Numbered from the stretch's first letter, positions 10,012 through 18,993 are shown. The stretch is 64,000 bases of DNA from a virus (IMGVR_UViG_3300033066_002329:1-64000), one strand, 5' to 3'. The notes: a model not told the origin generated them from the letters alone. Numbers and translations are program-made.

Positions 10012-10063
10012 AAACCTCCGAGGTTAGGCGCCCCAGCATTCTGCCAGTTGGAACTACAAGGAG
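10012..10063 (-). pseudogene. 5-prime half of tRNA-Arg(CCT), T-arm missing
   Basis: CTCCTTG TA GTTC...GAAT, anticodon loop CGCCTAA, then AT-rich spacer. Confidence 0.55.
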
Positions 10064-10076
10064 AGATTATTTAAGA

Positions 10077-10199
10077 ACGCTACAAAAAGAAGACTAAACG
10101 TAGGATTCGAGTCATGAACTCCCTACCTACATTTCTTCATGATTAACAATCATTACTCCCGTATTAGTTATTTTTCGGTAGTTTAGTCATCTGCATGCA
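10077..10199 (-). ncRNA. structured RNA candidate just downstream of ECF-type promoter
   Basis: GACTAAAC/GTTTAGTC, GTAGG/CCTAC and TGATT/AATCA stems. Confidence 0.4.
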
Positions 10200-10208
10200 G
10201 TTATCAAT

Positions 10209-10237
10209 CTATACGTTTTTTTTTAAAAAAGGTTTCA
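10209..10237 (-). promoter_or_regulatory. ECF-sigma-type promoter TGAAAC-N16-CGTATAG
   Basis: Same motif and spacing as other copies. Confidence 0.65.
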
Positions 10238-10250
10238 AAAAAATTAATTT

Positions 10251-11072
10251 TTATTCATCCCAATTTTTAGGGTCCATATCATCAAGCTTTTTATCGCCCC
10301 AATTTAAGTCATTCTTAAATCCTTCTGTTTCTGACTTATTACTTGGTTTTGTTGATGGGTCGAGAAGTGAAAGAAATTTTGAATTTATATCTAATCTGTC
10401 ATTGCCAAATCTTACTGAAATTTTATTACCATCTCTATTTACAACAAATCCATTTACACCAAAATAATTTTCAAGACCTCTTTGTTCATATTTTGGAATA
10501 AGCAATTCATCTAATTTAACCCAATCTCCACGAACAATTTTAGAATTTTCAGTTATTCTAACTTGCTGAACTCTTTCTCTATACCAATTTAAAAACCATT
10601 CTAACATAATTATTTTTCTTTGTTCAGTTAGTGGCCCAAGAGCAGGAAATTCTTTTGCAGTTTCTTCTCTGTTCCACACAGGCCCAGTTAACATTGTTGT
10701 TGCACAGACTCCATCAATTGGTCTTACATAATGCCACCCATCAATATGAGTCATATCATAATAACCACCATTTTCAAAAAGAATGGTAGCCATTTTCTCA
10801 GGAGGAGTTTCTCCTGAACCAAATCCAAGCCCCATTTCATATTTACCATTAAGAATATGCATAGCACTTGGCCAACGATGAGTATGAAATAATGCTTCTT
10901 CGGATTTACATGGATGTATAAAATGCAAAAGTAATCTATAATTACCAAGTTGAATCCAACATCTTTCTACAACTGGGGGAAAATAATCAACAAGTTTTGT
11001 TTGCCACAATTCAGGTTTAGATAATAATTCAATGATTTTTTTGTCTTCTATTTGTTGTAATTTATCAATCAT
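10251..11072 (-). CDS. cupin-like protein
   Basis: LFHTHRWPSAMHILNGKY...GWHYV. Confidence 0.5.
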   Translation of the reverse strand: MIDKLQQIEDKKIIELLSKPELWQTKLVDYFPPVVERCWIQLGNYRLLLHFIHPCKSEEALFHTHRWPSAMHILNGKYEMGLGFGSGETPPEKMATILFENGGYYDMTHIDGWHYVRPIDGVCATTMLTGPVWNREETAKEFPALGPLTEQRKIIMLEWFLNWYRERVQQVRITENSKIVRGDWVKLDELLIPKYEQRGLENYFGVNGFVVNRDGNKISVRFGNDRLDINSKFLSLLDPSTKPSNKSETEGFKNDLNWGDKKLDDMDPKNWDE

Positions 11073-11133
11073 AATTGAAACTTAACTTCTTTTTATACGT
11101 ATAAATATAGTAAAAGTTACGTCATAAACCAAG

Positions 11134-11436
11134 ATGTTTGTAAAAGCATACCATATTTCACATAGAAAAAATAGAGATTCTATTTTATCCAATGGCTTAT
11201 TGCCAAAAAGTAAGGATTCTGGAATAATACAATATCCACCAAGCATATTTCTATCTTTAAGCACACAAGATTTAGGTTATGATTTTGTTGATTATGTAAA
11301 TGTTGATTGTTGGGAATTTGAGGTTGATTCTGAAAAAATAAAGCCAGATTTATTTTCTGGCTCTACTAATCATTTTTATACTACAGAGAGAATATCTCCT
11401 GAAAAATTATCTCTTAACGAACTTTTTTCTGTTTAA
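11134..11436 (+). CDS. small ADP-ribosyltransferase/Tpt1-like protein
   Basis: AYHISHRKNRDSILSNGLLP...IFLS. Confidence 0.5.
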   Translation: MFVKAYHISHRKNRDSILSNGLLPKSKDSGIIQYPPSIFLSLSTQDLGYDFVDYVNVDCWEFEVDSEKIKPDLFSGSTNHFYTTERISPEKLSLNELFSV

Positions 11437-11935
11437 TAACATCCATATTTTTAATAATGGCATCTACCTTAAGCTTTTGAGCATCTTGAGCTACATAATT
11501 TTTAGCAAAATAAATTGTAATAATTTTATTGTCCCTTACAATTGCATAAACCATATTCCCATTACTTTGAGTTTCAGAATCTACAAATAATAAAGTATAT
11601 TTTTTTGCTTTTTCCTGAGCTTCTGGAGTTAAATATTTAACTTGTTGTTTATCAATAGGAACAACTGCTAATTGTATACCATATGATTTATTTTTTGGAA
11701 AATTATACCCCTCAATTAATTTGGCATTTTCGGCAATAGATAATTTTATACTTTCTGGTAAAGTATAGATTCCAACCTCTTCGTATTCTCCTACAGTACC
11801 TGGTATTTCATAGCCAACTGTTAAAATATCTTTATTTAAGAAACGGTCATATAACCTTTCAGTATAGTGAGGTTCCACAAAAGCTTCTTCTAATACTTTC
11901 CTAACCTCTTGTCTTATTTTTTTATTATTATCCAT
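11414..11935 (-). CDS. hypothetical protein with IRQEVRKVLEE N-terminal motif
   Basis: ORF; TATTTAT motif upstream. Confidence 0.6.
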   Translation of the reverse strand: MDNNKKIRQEVRKVLEEAFVEPHYTERLYDRFLNKDILTVGYEIPGTVGEYEEVGIYTLPESIKLSIAENAKLIEGYNFPKNKSYGIQLAVVPIDKQQVKYLTPEAQEKAKKYTLLFVDSETQSNGNMVYAIVRDNKIITIYFAKNYVAQDAQKLKVDAIIKNMDVIKQKKVR

Positions 11936-11995
11936 TTGTATATAAATAGTGCAAAAACAATAAAATATAACCTATTTATTTATAAAAATCAACTC

Positions 11996-13759
11996 ATGGA
12001 AAATAAAGAATTTGAAAACATCATTAAAAATATTTTAAAAGAATCTCACAATCAAGGGGCATTAAATGAAAGATTTGATGATGAAGATGAAGATGAAAAC
12101 TTAGGAATTTATTCTGGGAATTTTGATGCTGACGAATTTAGTGGCGATGCTATGAAAGCAGCAATGCAGGATATTGGGTCTGAATTTGAACCTTTAGGTA
12201 AAAGCAAATTTGAAAAAAATCTTAATCCAGATGAATTTATTTCTGACCTTGAAAGACAAAACTTAAATTTGCCAAATGATAAAGTTGAGCGTCAAAAATT
12301 AAAAAAAGCATTAGATACAAAGAAAAACCACGAAAAAATATTCGGTGCTGGTTCTCTTAATGAAGGTGATGAAATAAAATATAAAGGAGTAGTAATAAAA
12401 GTTTTACAACCTAGTGGTTATTTTGAGTTTTACTCAGATAAAGAGGGTAGATTTTTAAAGTTTGATGAATTGGATTCTGCAAAAGCTAGAATAGATTCTG
12501 AACTCGAAAATAATATTAAAGTTGAGCGTCAAAAATTAAAAAAAGCATTAGATACAAAGAAAAACCACGAAAAAATATTCGGTGCTGGTTCTCTTAATGA
12601 AGGTGATGAAATAAAATATAAAGGAGTAGTAATAAAAGTTTTACAACCTAGTGGTTATTTTGAGTTTTACTCAGATAAAGAGGGTAGATTTTTAAAGTTT
12701 GATGAATTGGATTCTGCAAAAGCTAGAATAGATTCTGAACTCGAAAATAATATTAATGAACAAAATAATTTTGATACAAAAAGTTTTTATCATTTTTTAA
12801 AAGATGCTTTATATCATGCTGAATCTAAATCTCTTGATTATGCTCAAACTGCAAAAATGCTAGAAGAAGCAATTATGGAAAATTACAATATAGAAAAAAA
12901 ATTACAAGAAAATATTGAATCTCCTGAAGTAAAAGCTTATTTTCCAAAAGATTCTGAAGGAAATAAACTTAAAATTAATACCATTGTAAAACACATCAAT
13001 TCTAATCATGAGGGTAGAATTAAAAGATTTGGAACTACAGAAAATGGACAAAAATTAGTTGCAGACGTTGAGTGGTTTGATAATAATGCTCCCATTCAAG
13101 GTATTCAAACTCCTCCTCCAAATAAAATAGCTCCAGAATTATTAGTTATTAGAAAAAAAGAAGATGAAATCGAAGAAGGTATGTCTCATTCTCACACAAT
13201 GGGAAGAGGACAAAACTTAAAACCTAATAATTATCCTAATACACTTAAAAGAGAAGGCTTATCAGAAAATCTTGATAGTGCGCAAATAGCAAAAAGCAAT
13301 AAAACAACATTTATTGTTGTAAATGACGCATTCAATAGAGCTCATTATGCTGACTTAATAGGTAAAACCTTTGATAATCCTCCAGGCTATGCTAGAGTAA
13401 AGCAAATAAATATTGAAGATGCTGATACAGAATCAAAAATTGATTATGATTTAGATGAAGACTTTGATTATGCAGCTGCAGAAAGAGCTTATCATGATGC
13501 TAAAGATTATGAAGAAAAACAAAATTTAATTGGAAAACAAATTGTAATTACTAATATAAATGCTATTCAAGAAATGCTTTTTCCAAATACAAAAAGAATA
13601 CAATCTATTTTAGATAGCATTAAAGAAGAGATTGCAAATCATAGAGTTTTCAACAATGTTATTGCTGCTACAGATAATATGGATACAACTTGGTTGTTTG
13701 ACCTTAAAAATGTAACAGATGATACAATAGAATTACAATTTACAGGAACAGCAAAATAA
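11996..13759 (+). CDS. acidic hypothetical protein with many LNE/IEE linkers and an internal 79-aa duplication
   Basis: Long ORF; likely start ATG 11996. Confidence 0.7.
   Translation: MENKEFENIIKNILKESHNQGALNERFDDEDEDENLGIYSGNFDADEFSGDAMKAAMQDIGSEFEPLGKSKFEKNLNPDEFISDLERQNLNLPNDKVERQKLKKALDTKKNHEKIFGAGSLNEGDEIKYKGVVIKVLQPSGYFEFYSDKEGRFLKFDELDSAKARIDSELENNIKVERQKLKKALDTKKNHEKIFGAGSLNEGDEIKYKGVVIKVLQPSGYFEFYSDKEGRFLKFDELDSAKARIDSELENNINEQNNFDTKSFYHFLKDALYHAESKSLDYAQTAKMLEEAIMENYNIEKKLQENIESPEVKAYFPKDSEGNKLKINTIVKHINSNHEGRIKRFGTTENGQKLVADVEWFDNNAPIQGIQTPPPNKIAPELLVIRKKEDEIEEGMSHSHTMGRGQNLKPNNYPNTLKREGLSENLDSAQIAKSNKTTFIVVNDAFNRAHYADLIGKTFDNPPGYARVKQINIEDADTESKIDYDLDEDFDYAAAERAYHDAKDYEEKQNLIGKQIVITNINAIQEMLFPNTKRIQSILDSIKEEIANHRVFNNVIAATDNMDTTWLFDLKNVTDDTIELQFTGTAK
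12281..12754 (+). repeat. perfect 237-bp tandem duplication (2 copies, in frame)
   Basis: 12281..12517 identical to 12518..12754. Confidence 0.9.
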
Positions 13760-13764
13760 ATAAT

Positions 13765-14088
13765 ATGCAAGAAGAAAACAAACAATCCAGTTGGTTTAAA
13801 ACTGACAAAAATATAAAATTTGAAAACTCTTTCAAATTTTGGTTCGCACTAATGTGGCAAAATCACTATATTCAAATTTTTGCTATAACTTTTTTATTAA
13901 CAATAATTGGATTATTCAATATTAATTGGGTTATAGATACTGTTAGTGAAAACTATTCTGATGAAGGAGCCTTAGGAGCTTCATTTGCTATTGCAGGTTT
14001 TTCAATTCCTCCTTTAGTTAGTGTAATAGTTGCATATAAAGGTTTCTGGCAATACTTTAATGACTTAAAACATGGCAGAAGTAGATAA
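13765..14088 (+). CDS. small membrane protein
   Basis: Two hydrophobic segments. Confidence 0.6.
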   Translation: MQEENKQSSWFKTDKNIKFENSFKFWFALMWQNHYIQIFAITFLLTIIGLFNINWVIDTVSENYSDEGALGASFAIAGFSIPPLVSVIVAYKGFWQYFNDLKHGRSR

Positions 14089-14470
14089 AAATAATCTTAC
14101 ATTACTTATCAGAGAAAGTCTTAGTTATTTTTTCAGAAAAAATGTAGAAGGGAAAGATTATCCTACTTTAAAAAAGCTAAGGTCAATTCTTAGAAATAAT
14201 ATTATTGTACCTTTAAGAAGAAAAGTTATTGAAGCTTATATAATTGGTTCTGAAGCAAAAGGAACAGCCAATGAAAATTCAGATTTAGATATAGCTATTA
14301 TAATAGAACCAGTTAGAGGTAAAACTGCTTTACAATTGACAGAGACATATCATAGCAAATTTTCAAGTGAGCAATTTGTTCCAAGATGGAATGGTAGAAA
14401 AATAGATGTACAGTTTTTTTACCCTGAAGATGAAGAATTAAAAAAATATCAAAAAATAAAACTTATTTAA
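14072..14470 (+). CDS. minimal nucleotidyltransferase (Pol-beta fold)
   Basis: IIGSEAKG...SDLDIAI. Confidence 0.8.
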   Translation: MAEVDKNNLTLLIRESLSYFFRKNVEGKDYPTLKKLRSILRNNIIVPLRRKVIEAYIIGSEAKGTANENSDLDIAIIIEPVRGKTALQLTETYHSKFSSEQFVPRWNGRKIDVQFFYPEDEELKKYQKIKLI

Positions 14471-14472
14471 AA

Positions 14473-14548
14473 TACGACCTAGGGCCGTGGCTGGCGCAAT
14501 CCAGTCGAAACCTCACCTAAATCGCTATCAGGTGGGGTTTCGTTTTTT
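14473..14548 (+). terminator. terminator preceded by two small hairpins
   Basis: GAAACCTCACCT/AGGTGGGGTTTC + T run; upstream ACGACCTAGGGCCGT and GGCTGG/CCAGTC. Confidence 0.65.
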
Positions 14549-14606
14549 ATAGAATTTACTTTTCCTTTTAATATTTATATTAAACAAACAATAAAACAAA
14601 CAAACA

Positions 14607-14759
14607 ATGGCAGCAGCAAAAACAAAACAAACATCTACAACTTTTTCATTAAGAGTTAGCACTAAAAAGAAACGTCCTGGCATACATGCCAAGAAAAAAT
14701 CTTCTCATATGAAGACTTCAAAAAATTACACTAAATCATATAGAGGACAAGGTAGATAA
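14607..14759 (+). CDS. 50-aa very basic protein ending KSYRGQGR (absent from ORF track)
   Basis: Manual translation MAAAKTKQ...KKKRPGIHAKKK...YRGQGR; TATTTAT motif upstream. Confidence 0.65.
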   Translation: MAAAKTKQTSTTFSLRVSTKKKRPGIHAKKKSSHMKTSKNYTKSYRGQGR

Positions 14760-15200
14760 ATGCTAAAATATTTCTACATATTATTATTTATATTAGGTCT
14801 TAGTTTTAGTTCTATGGCCCACATAGAAGATACATGCAAAGTTAAAATAGTAAAAATAGATAATAAGCCTATAATAGCTAATGCAATTTTTAATGCTTTT
14901 GCAAATAAAAAAATGTATGATTTATGTTCTTTTTGTAATAGTCATGTAGAATTTACAATCTTTCAAAAAGAAAAAAATTTCACTGAATCTGGTAGTGAAG
15001 TAAAAGCTATGCAAAATTTAACAGATATATTAACTGAAATTGATTATGTTAGATTTAAATTAATGAATGCAAAAGCTGAAAATGGAGAAGAGATAATAGC
15101 AATAACAGCATATAAATATGAATTTACTAATGATTATTCATTAAATATTCTTTTTATATTAAATTATAATTGTGAAATAAATAAAATAATTTTATTTTAA
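14760..15200 (+). CDS. hypothetical secreted protein
   Basis: N-terminal signal peptide. Confidence 0.6.
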   Translation: MLKYFYILLFILGLSFSSMAHIEDTCKVKIVKIDNKPIIANAIFNAFANKKMYDLCSFCNSHVEFTIFQKEKNFTESGSEVKAMQNLTDILTEIDYVRFKLMNAKAENGEEIIAITAYKYEFTNDYSLNILFILNYNCEINKIILF

Positions 15201-15202
15201 AA

Positions 15203-15610
15203 ATGGAAAATATTAGAAAATTTATAAAAAAAACACTTAACGAGTATGTATCATTTTCTGATTTAAAAGGAGTTGAAAATTATGCAGATGATATTTTTAA
15301 AGATGTGAATATAGATGTTGAATTTACAAAACATTTTCTGGACAGAGTAAATGACCCAAGAAATGGAATAGAAATTACTCCAGAAGAACTTAAGTTGCTT
15401 TATAAAAAAACACGTCAAAAATATGGTGAAATGTTATCTCAACTTAAGCCAGGTAATGAAAGAGTTGTAAATGATACTACAACAGATATAAATGTTCCAG
15501 TTGCAATTGGATGGGATGGTAAATCTCCAGACTTAGATATGACAGCTAAGACAGTTATGAGAAAAAAGAATTTTCTTACAACGCCTCAGTCTCCTAAATT
15601 AAAAGTTTAA
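15203..15610 (+). CDS. hypothetical protein with IRKFIKKTLNE motif
   Basis: ORF in operon. Confidence 0.6.
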   Translation: MENIRKFIKKTLNEYVSFSDLKGVENYADDIFKDVNIDVEFTKHFLDRVNDPRNGIEITPEELKLLYKKTRQKYGEMLSQLKPGNERVVNDTTTDINVPVAIGWDGKSPDLDMTAKTVMRKKNFLTTPQSPKLKV

Positions 15611-16960
15611 ATGAACCAGATAAAACTAAGAAACTTAATAAGAGAATCCATTGAAAATTTAATGGAAGACATTAATGTTCCTATAAATGTAGGAGATACA
15701 GTTCTTGGTGGTAAATTTAAAAACAAAAAAATCAAAGTCAAAGATATTGATAAAAATGAAAAAGGTGATATTACAATTAATGATAAACCATTATTGAGAG
15801 TAAGAATTCCAAAGGAAGTTAATGAAGTTGAATATGTTATTCCTACTCAAGATGAAATACCAAAAAATATTTCTGATAATATTAGAGTTTTTCATGGCTT
15901 TAATAGTTTTGAGAGTTTTGAAAAAGTTTTAAAAAAAGGCTTAAGCGGGAAAGAAACAGTTCCAAGAGTATATTCACATCATCTTCCAAAAGAACTAAAA
16001 GGGTTATTTGTTACAGCAGATTTCAATTTTGCAAAAAAATATGCTAATGGTGGTATAATAATTGAGTTTTCAGTTAATATAAATGATTTACTTCCTAATG
16101 ATGATAGTTTTAAAACTGGATATGATAATATAAGTTTTAAACATAGTAGTCAGGCAATATATACTGGAGATTTAGACCCAAATATGATTAAATATATTTG
16201 GAAATTTGAAGATGGTAAATGGAATAGATTTATAAGAAAAGATTTTATAAATAAATTTCATATTGATACAAGTCGTAGTGATTATGTTAAATATCTACCA
16301 AATGATGATTTCTCATTAGATGATTTTTCAAATACTTCAAGTGCTATCAATTTTTTTAAAAATGCTAATGAGTTTAAATTAAAACAAATGGGATTTTTCC
16401 CAAAACAAATCGACCAAATAATTAAACTTAAATCAGATGGATTTTTCAATGAAAAATTAAATGAAGGTTCTGTAAAAAAAAGTGATAGAGTTGATATATA
16501 CAGAGATAATAATTATGTCGTTGTAAGACCACTTACTGAAACAGCAAGCTGTAAATATGGGGCCTACACTAAATGGTGTATATCTGCCCCCAGTTCTGGA
16601 GCATGGGATAGCAGCCCTGATGCTATTGTAATTATGATTATTCAAAAGAAATATAGCATTACTCCTGAAAGACAAGAAATAATAGACAAATTGTTAAAAT
16701 ATATTGATGCTGCAGATAATAATGAAGTTACTCCAGAAATGAGAGAAGAAATGCGAGAATTAAGACGTGAAAATGATATTCATGATTTTGAAGATTTGTC
16801 AAAGATAGCATTAGTATTTCAAAAAAACAGTAATCATGTTGAAATATGGGATTCAAATAATATTAATATTAATGATAATTATCAATTTGGTTGGTTCGAT
16901 TTACCTTTAAGCTCAAATGTAATTAATGCGATTGAAAATTATATAATAAGCATAAAATAA
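15611..16960 (+). CDS. multidomain protein with ART-like domain; LRNLIRE motif
   Basis: VFHGF...KKGL...GLFVT; C-terminal SCKYGAYTKWCIS domain. Confidence 0.55.
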   Translation: MNQIKLRNLIRESIENLMEDINVPINVGDTVLGGKFKNKKIKVKDIDKNEKGDITINDKPLLRVRIPKEVNEVEYVIPTQDEIPKNISDNIRVFHGFNSFESFEKVLKKGLSGKETVPRVYSHHLPKELKGLFVTADFNFAKKYANGGIIIEFSVNINDLLPNDDSFKTGYDNISFKHSSQAIYTGDLDPNMIKYIWKFEDGKWNRFIRKDFINKFHIDTSRSDYVKYLPNDDFSLDDFSNTSSAINFFKNANEFKLKQMGFFPKQIDQIIKLKSDGFFNEKLNEGSVKKSDRVDIYRDNNYVVVRPLTETASCKYGAYTKWCISAPSSGAWDSSPDAIVIMIIQKKYSITPERQEIIDKLLKYIDAADNNEVTPEMREEMRELRRENDIHDFEDLSKIALVFQKNSNHVEIWDSNNININDNYQFGWFDLPLSSNVINAIENYIISIK

Positions 16961-16984
16961 AAAAGGCCTCATTTGAGGCCTTTT
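16958..16984. terminator. bidirectional terminator ending tRNA operon 1
   Basis: AAAAAGGCCTC-ATTT-GAGGCCTTTT. Confidence 0.75.
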
Positions 16985-16988
16985 CAAT

Positions 16989-17076
16989 TGGTAGCGGGAG
17001 TAGGAATCGAACCTACGGTCTCCGTGTCATTTCTGACGGCTTATGAGGCCTGGGGCTTACCAACAAGCTCCCCGCA
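16989..17076 (-). tRNA. atypical initiator-like tRNA-Met(CAT) with extra hairpin after anticodon arm; encoded CCA
   Basis: U1:U72 mismatch, loop CTCATAA, T-arm GTAGG TTCGATT CCTAC, inserted GTCA-GAAA-TGAC. Confidence 0.6.
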
Positions 17077-17081
17077 ATTTG

Positions 17082-17230
17082 TGGCAACGACAGGATTCGA
17101 ACCTGCACCTTACTGGTTATGAACCCAGCCGAACTTAGAGTAGACAGACCTTACAAACTAAAACACCTATCTATAGTTTCAATGTTTCAAAAATACGGTC
17201 TCATATAACTCACCATCGTTCTACGTTGCT
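17082..17230 (-). tRNA. tRNA-Met(CAT)-like with ~75-nt insertion in D-arm and 8-nt anticodon loop
   Basis: AGCAACG/CGTTGCC acceptor; insert 17135..17209 flanked by duplicated GTT. Confidence 0.55.
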
Positions 17231-17239
17231 AAACGTTTG

Positions 17240-17983
17240 TTATTTATTAAATTGTTTTATAAATTTTTCAAATTCTTCTTTTACAAATTTTTTATTTTCT
17301 TTCCCCATATCTTTAATAATATAAGGGGTGTATCCTAATTTTATTATTTCTTTTACTTTAATCTCATCTCTATTTTGAACCTGTTTCACAGAATGTTTAT
17401 TAGTTATTTTTTCATAATGCCATTTACCATTCCATAAGATAGCTATTTTTAAATCTTCAATTATTACATCTGCATCCCACCCATTAAATATACTTTCATT
17501 AAATTTTACTGATTCAAATTTTTCTTTACAAAGTTCTCCAAAATAAATTTCATTTTTACTTCTACGATTTTGAGACTGCACTGATTTTAAACCTCCTGCT
17601 CTTCCGTTATTTTGCGAAGCACAACTTTTACCACAAAAAATTTGTTTATGTCTTTTTTGTAAAACCTCGAACTTACATTTACATCCTGGACACTCTTTCT
17701 GTAAAGTTTCTTTTTTAACTCTATTTTCAAAAACACATTTTTGGCTACAAAACTCTTGTTTTCTTAAAGCCCATTTAACTGTAAATTCTTTTTTACATCC
17801 AGAACATGTTTTAGATACATCTGGATTTCCTCTTCCTTTTAATAATTTAGATACTGTTTTATTTATTTCTTTTCTTTTATTTTTTGTTGAAAACGCTCTT
17901 GCGCATTCTCTACAACAAAATTCACCTGTAGAATATTTACTATATTTTACACCTTCTTTTTTATTACAATTTTTACATTCCAT
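17240..17983 (-). CDS. PD-(D/E)XK homing-type endonuclease between tRNA-Met genes
   Basis: CxxC repeats; RSKNE...WDADVIIEDLKIAILWNGKWH; likely start ATG 17983. Confidence 0.75.
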   Translation of the reverse strand: MECKNCNKKEGVKYSKYSTGEFCCRECARAFSTKNKRKEINKTVSKLLKGRGNPDVSKTCSGCKKEFTVKWALRKQEFCSQKCVFENRVKKETLQKECPGCKCKFEVLQKRHKQIFCGKSCASQNNGRAGGLKSVQSQNRRSKNEIYFGELCKEKFESVKFNESIFNGWDADVIIEDLKIAILWNGKWHYEKITNKHSVKQVQNRDEIKVKEIIKLGYTPYIIKDMGKENKKFVKEEFEKFIKQFNK

Positions 17984-18044
17984 ACTAATAAATAGTATAA
18001 AAAATTCGAACTTATAATTTCTTATAGACTTTCGTCTTTTAAAG

Positions 18045-18119
18045 TAGCACAAGAGGGACTCGAACCCCCGTCTCTGCCTTATGAGAGCAGCGTAAGTAAA
18101 CCAACTCTACCATTGTGCC
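18045..18119 (-). tRNA. tRNA-Met/Ile2 (CAT)
   Basis: Canonical cloverleaf, loop CTCATAA. Confidence 0.85.
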
Positions 18120-18247
18120 ATAAAATAAATGCTATAAGTGATATTGCAAGCCACGCCCTGGAGGGAGTCGAACCACTCCAAGTTGGGGCCTCGAACCCCG
18201 CCTCACACTTACTCCTACTACCGTTCGGAATAACATTTATTATTTTT

Positions 18248-18571
18248 TTATTTACTAGGATATTTAGAATCCATTTCATCAATCACACTGAAAGGAGAAC
18301 CTCCAATGCCTGAATAACGAATATCGTCAAATCCATTTTCTTTAGTAATAAGAGATTCTTTCTCATCAATAGAACCTCTAAATTTATCAAACCCTTTTTT
18401 GTTTTCAATATTACCAGTTGAAGGATTATAACTTCCCCAATCTGCTGGTCTATCTGTACCAATAGGTTCTACAAAATATTTTTTACCTATTCTATAAGAG
18501 TGTACTATAAATCTACCACTCTCGTCTCTATCTGTTAAAAATTTTTGTCTAAATTCAAATGTTGTTTTCAT
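18248..18571 (-). CDS. hypothetical protein
   Basis: ORF within tRNA operon. Confidence 0.65.
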   Translation of the reverse strand: MKTTFEFRQKFLTDRDESGRFIVHSYRIGKKYFVEPIGTDRPADWGSYNPSTGNIENKKGFDKFRGSIDEKESLITKENGFDDIRYSGIGGSPFSVIDEMDSKYPSK

Positions 18572-18585
18572 AAAAGTTTCTTTTT

Positions 18586-18753
18586 TTATAACTTACTTAG
18601 CTCAAGTTTTAAATCTGCAATTTTTCTTACATAATCTGACACACTAATTTCCTTAGTGTCTGATGTCTTTTTTGTTAAAGACAATGTCATTTCATCTTGA
18701 AGATATTTTATTCTCTCTTCTAATTTTGCTCTTTTTTTATCTACTTTAGCCAT
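18586..18753 (-). CDS. 55-aa hypothetical protein (MAKVDKKRAKLEER...)
   Basis: Manual translation; below ORF-track cutoff. Confidence 0.55.
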   Translation of the reverse strand: MAKVDKKRAKLEERIKYLQDEMTLSLTKKTSDTKEISVSDYVRKIADLKLELSKL

Positions 18754-18893
18754 AACAAGTTTATGTTAGTTTTTTGTTTTTTTCCTCTAATACTTTCCAT
18801 ATGCTGAGCATATATTTTCATAAAGGCTTTCATCTTTTGAATCTTTTCTTCTTGGTGTTTACTTAAGGTGTCACCATCACCATCTGAATCCAT
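18741..18893 (-). CDS. 50-aa hypothetical protein (MDSDGDGDTLSKHQ...)
   Basis: Manual translation; below ORF-track cutoff. Confidence 0.45.
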   Translation of the reverse strand: MDSDGDGDTLSKHQEEKIQKMKAFMKIYAQHMESIRGKKQKTNINLLWLK

Positions 18894-18916
18894 TGGTTTT
18901 TTAAGTTAAATTTTTG

Positions 18917-18991
18917 AGCAGATGACGGGTCTCGAACCCGCAAAACCTCCACCTTGGCAAGGTGGCGCTCTACCAATTGAGCTACATCTGC
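18917..18991 (-). tRNA. tRNA-Gly(GCC)
   Basis: Canonical, loop TTGCCAA, U73. Confidence 0.92.
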
Positions 18992-18993
18992 AT

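Noticed and set aside
18150-18230. tRNA-like element with two TTCGA hairpins
   Set aside because: No complementary acceptor strands or D-arm could be formed; at most a remnant
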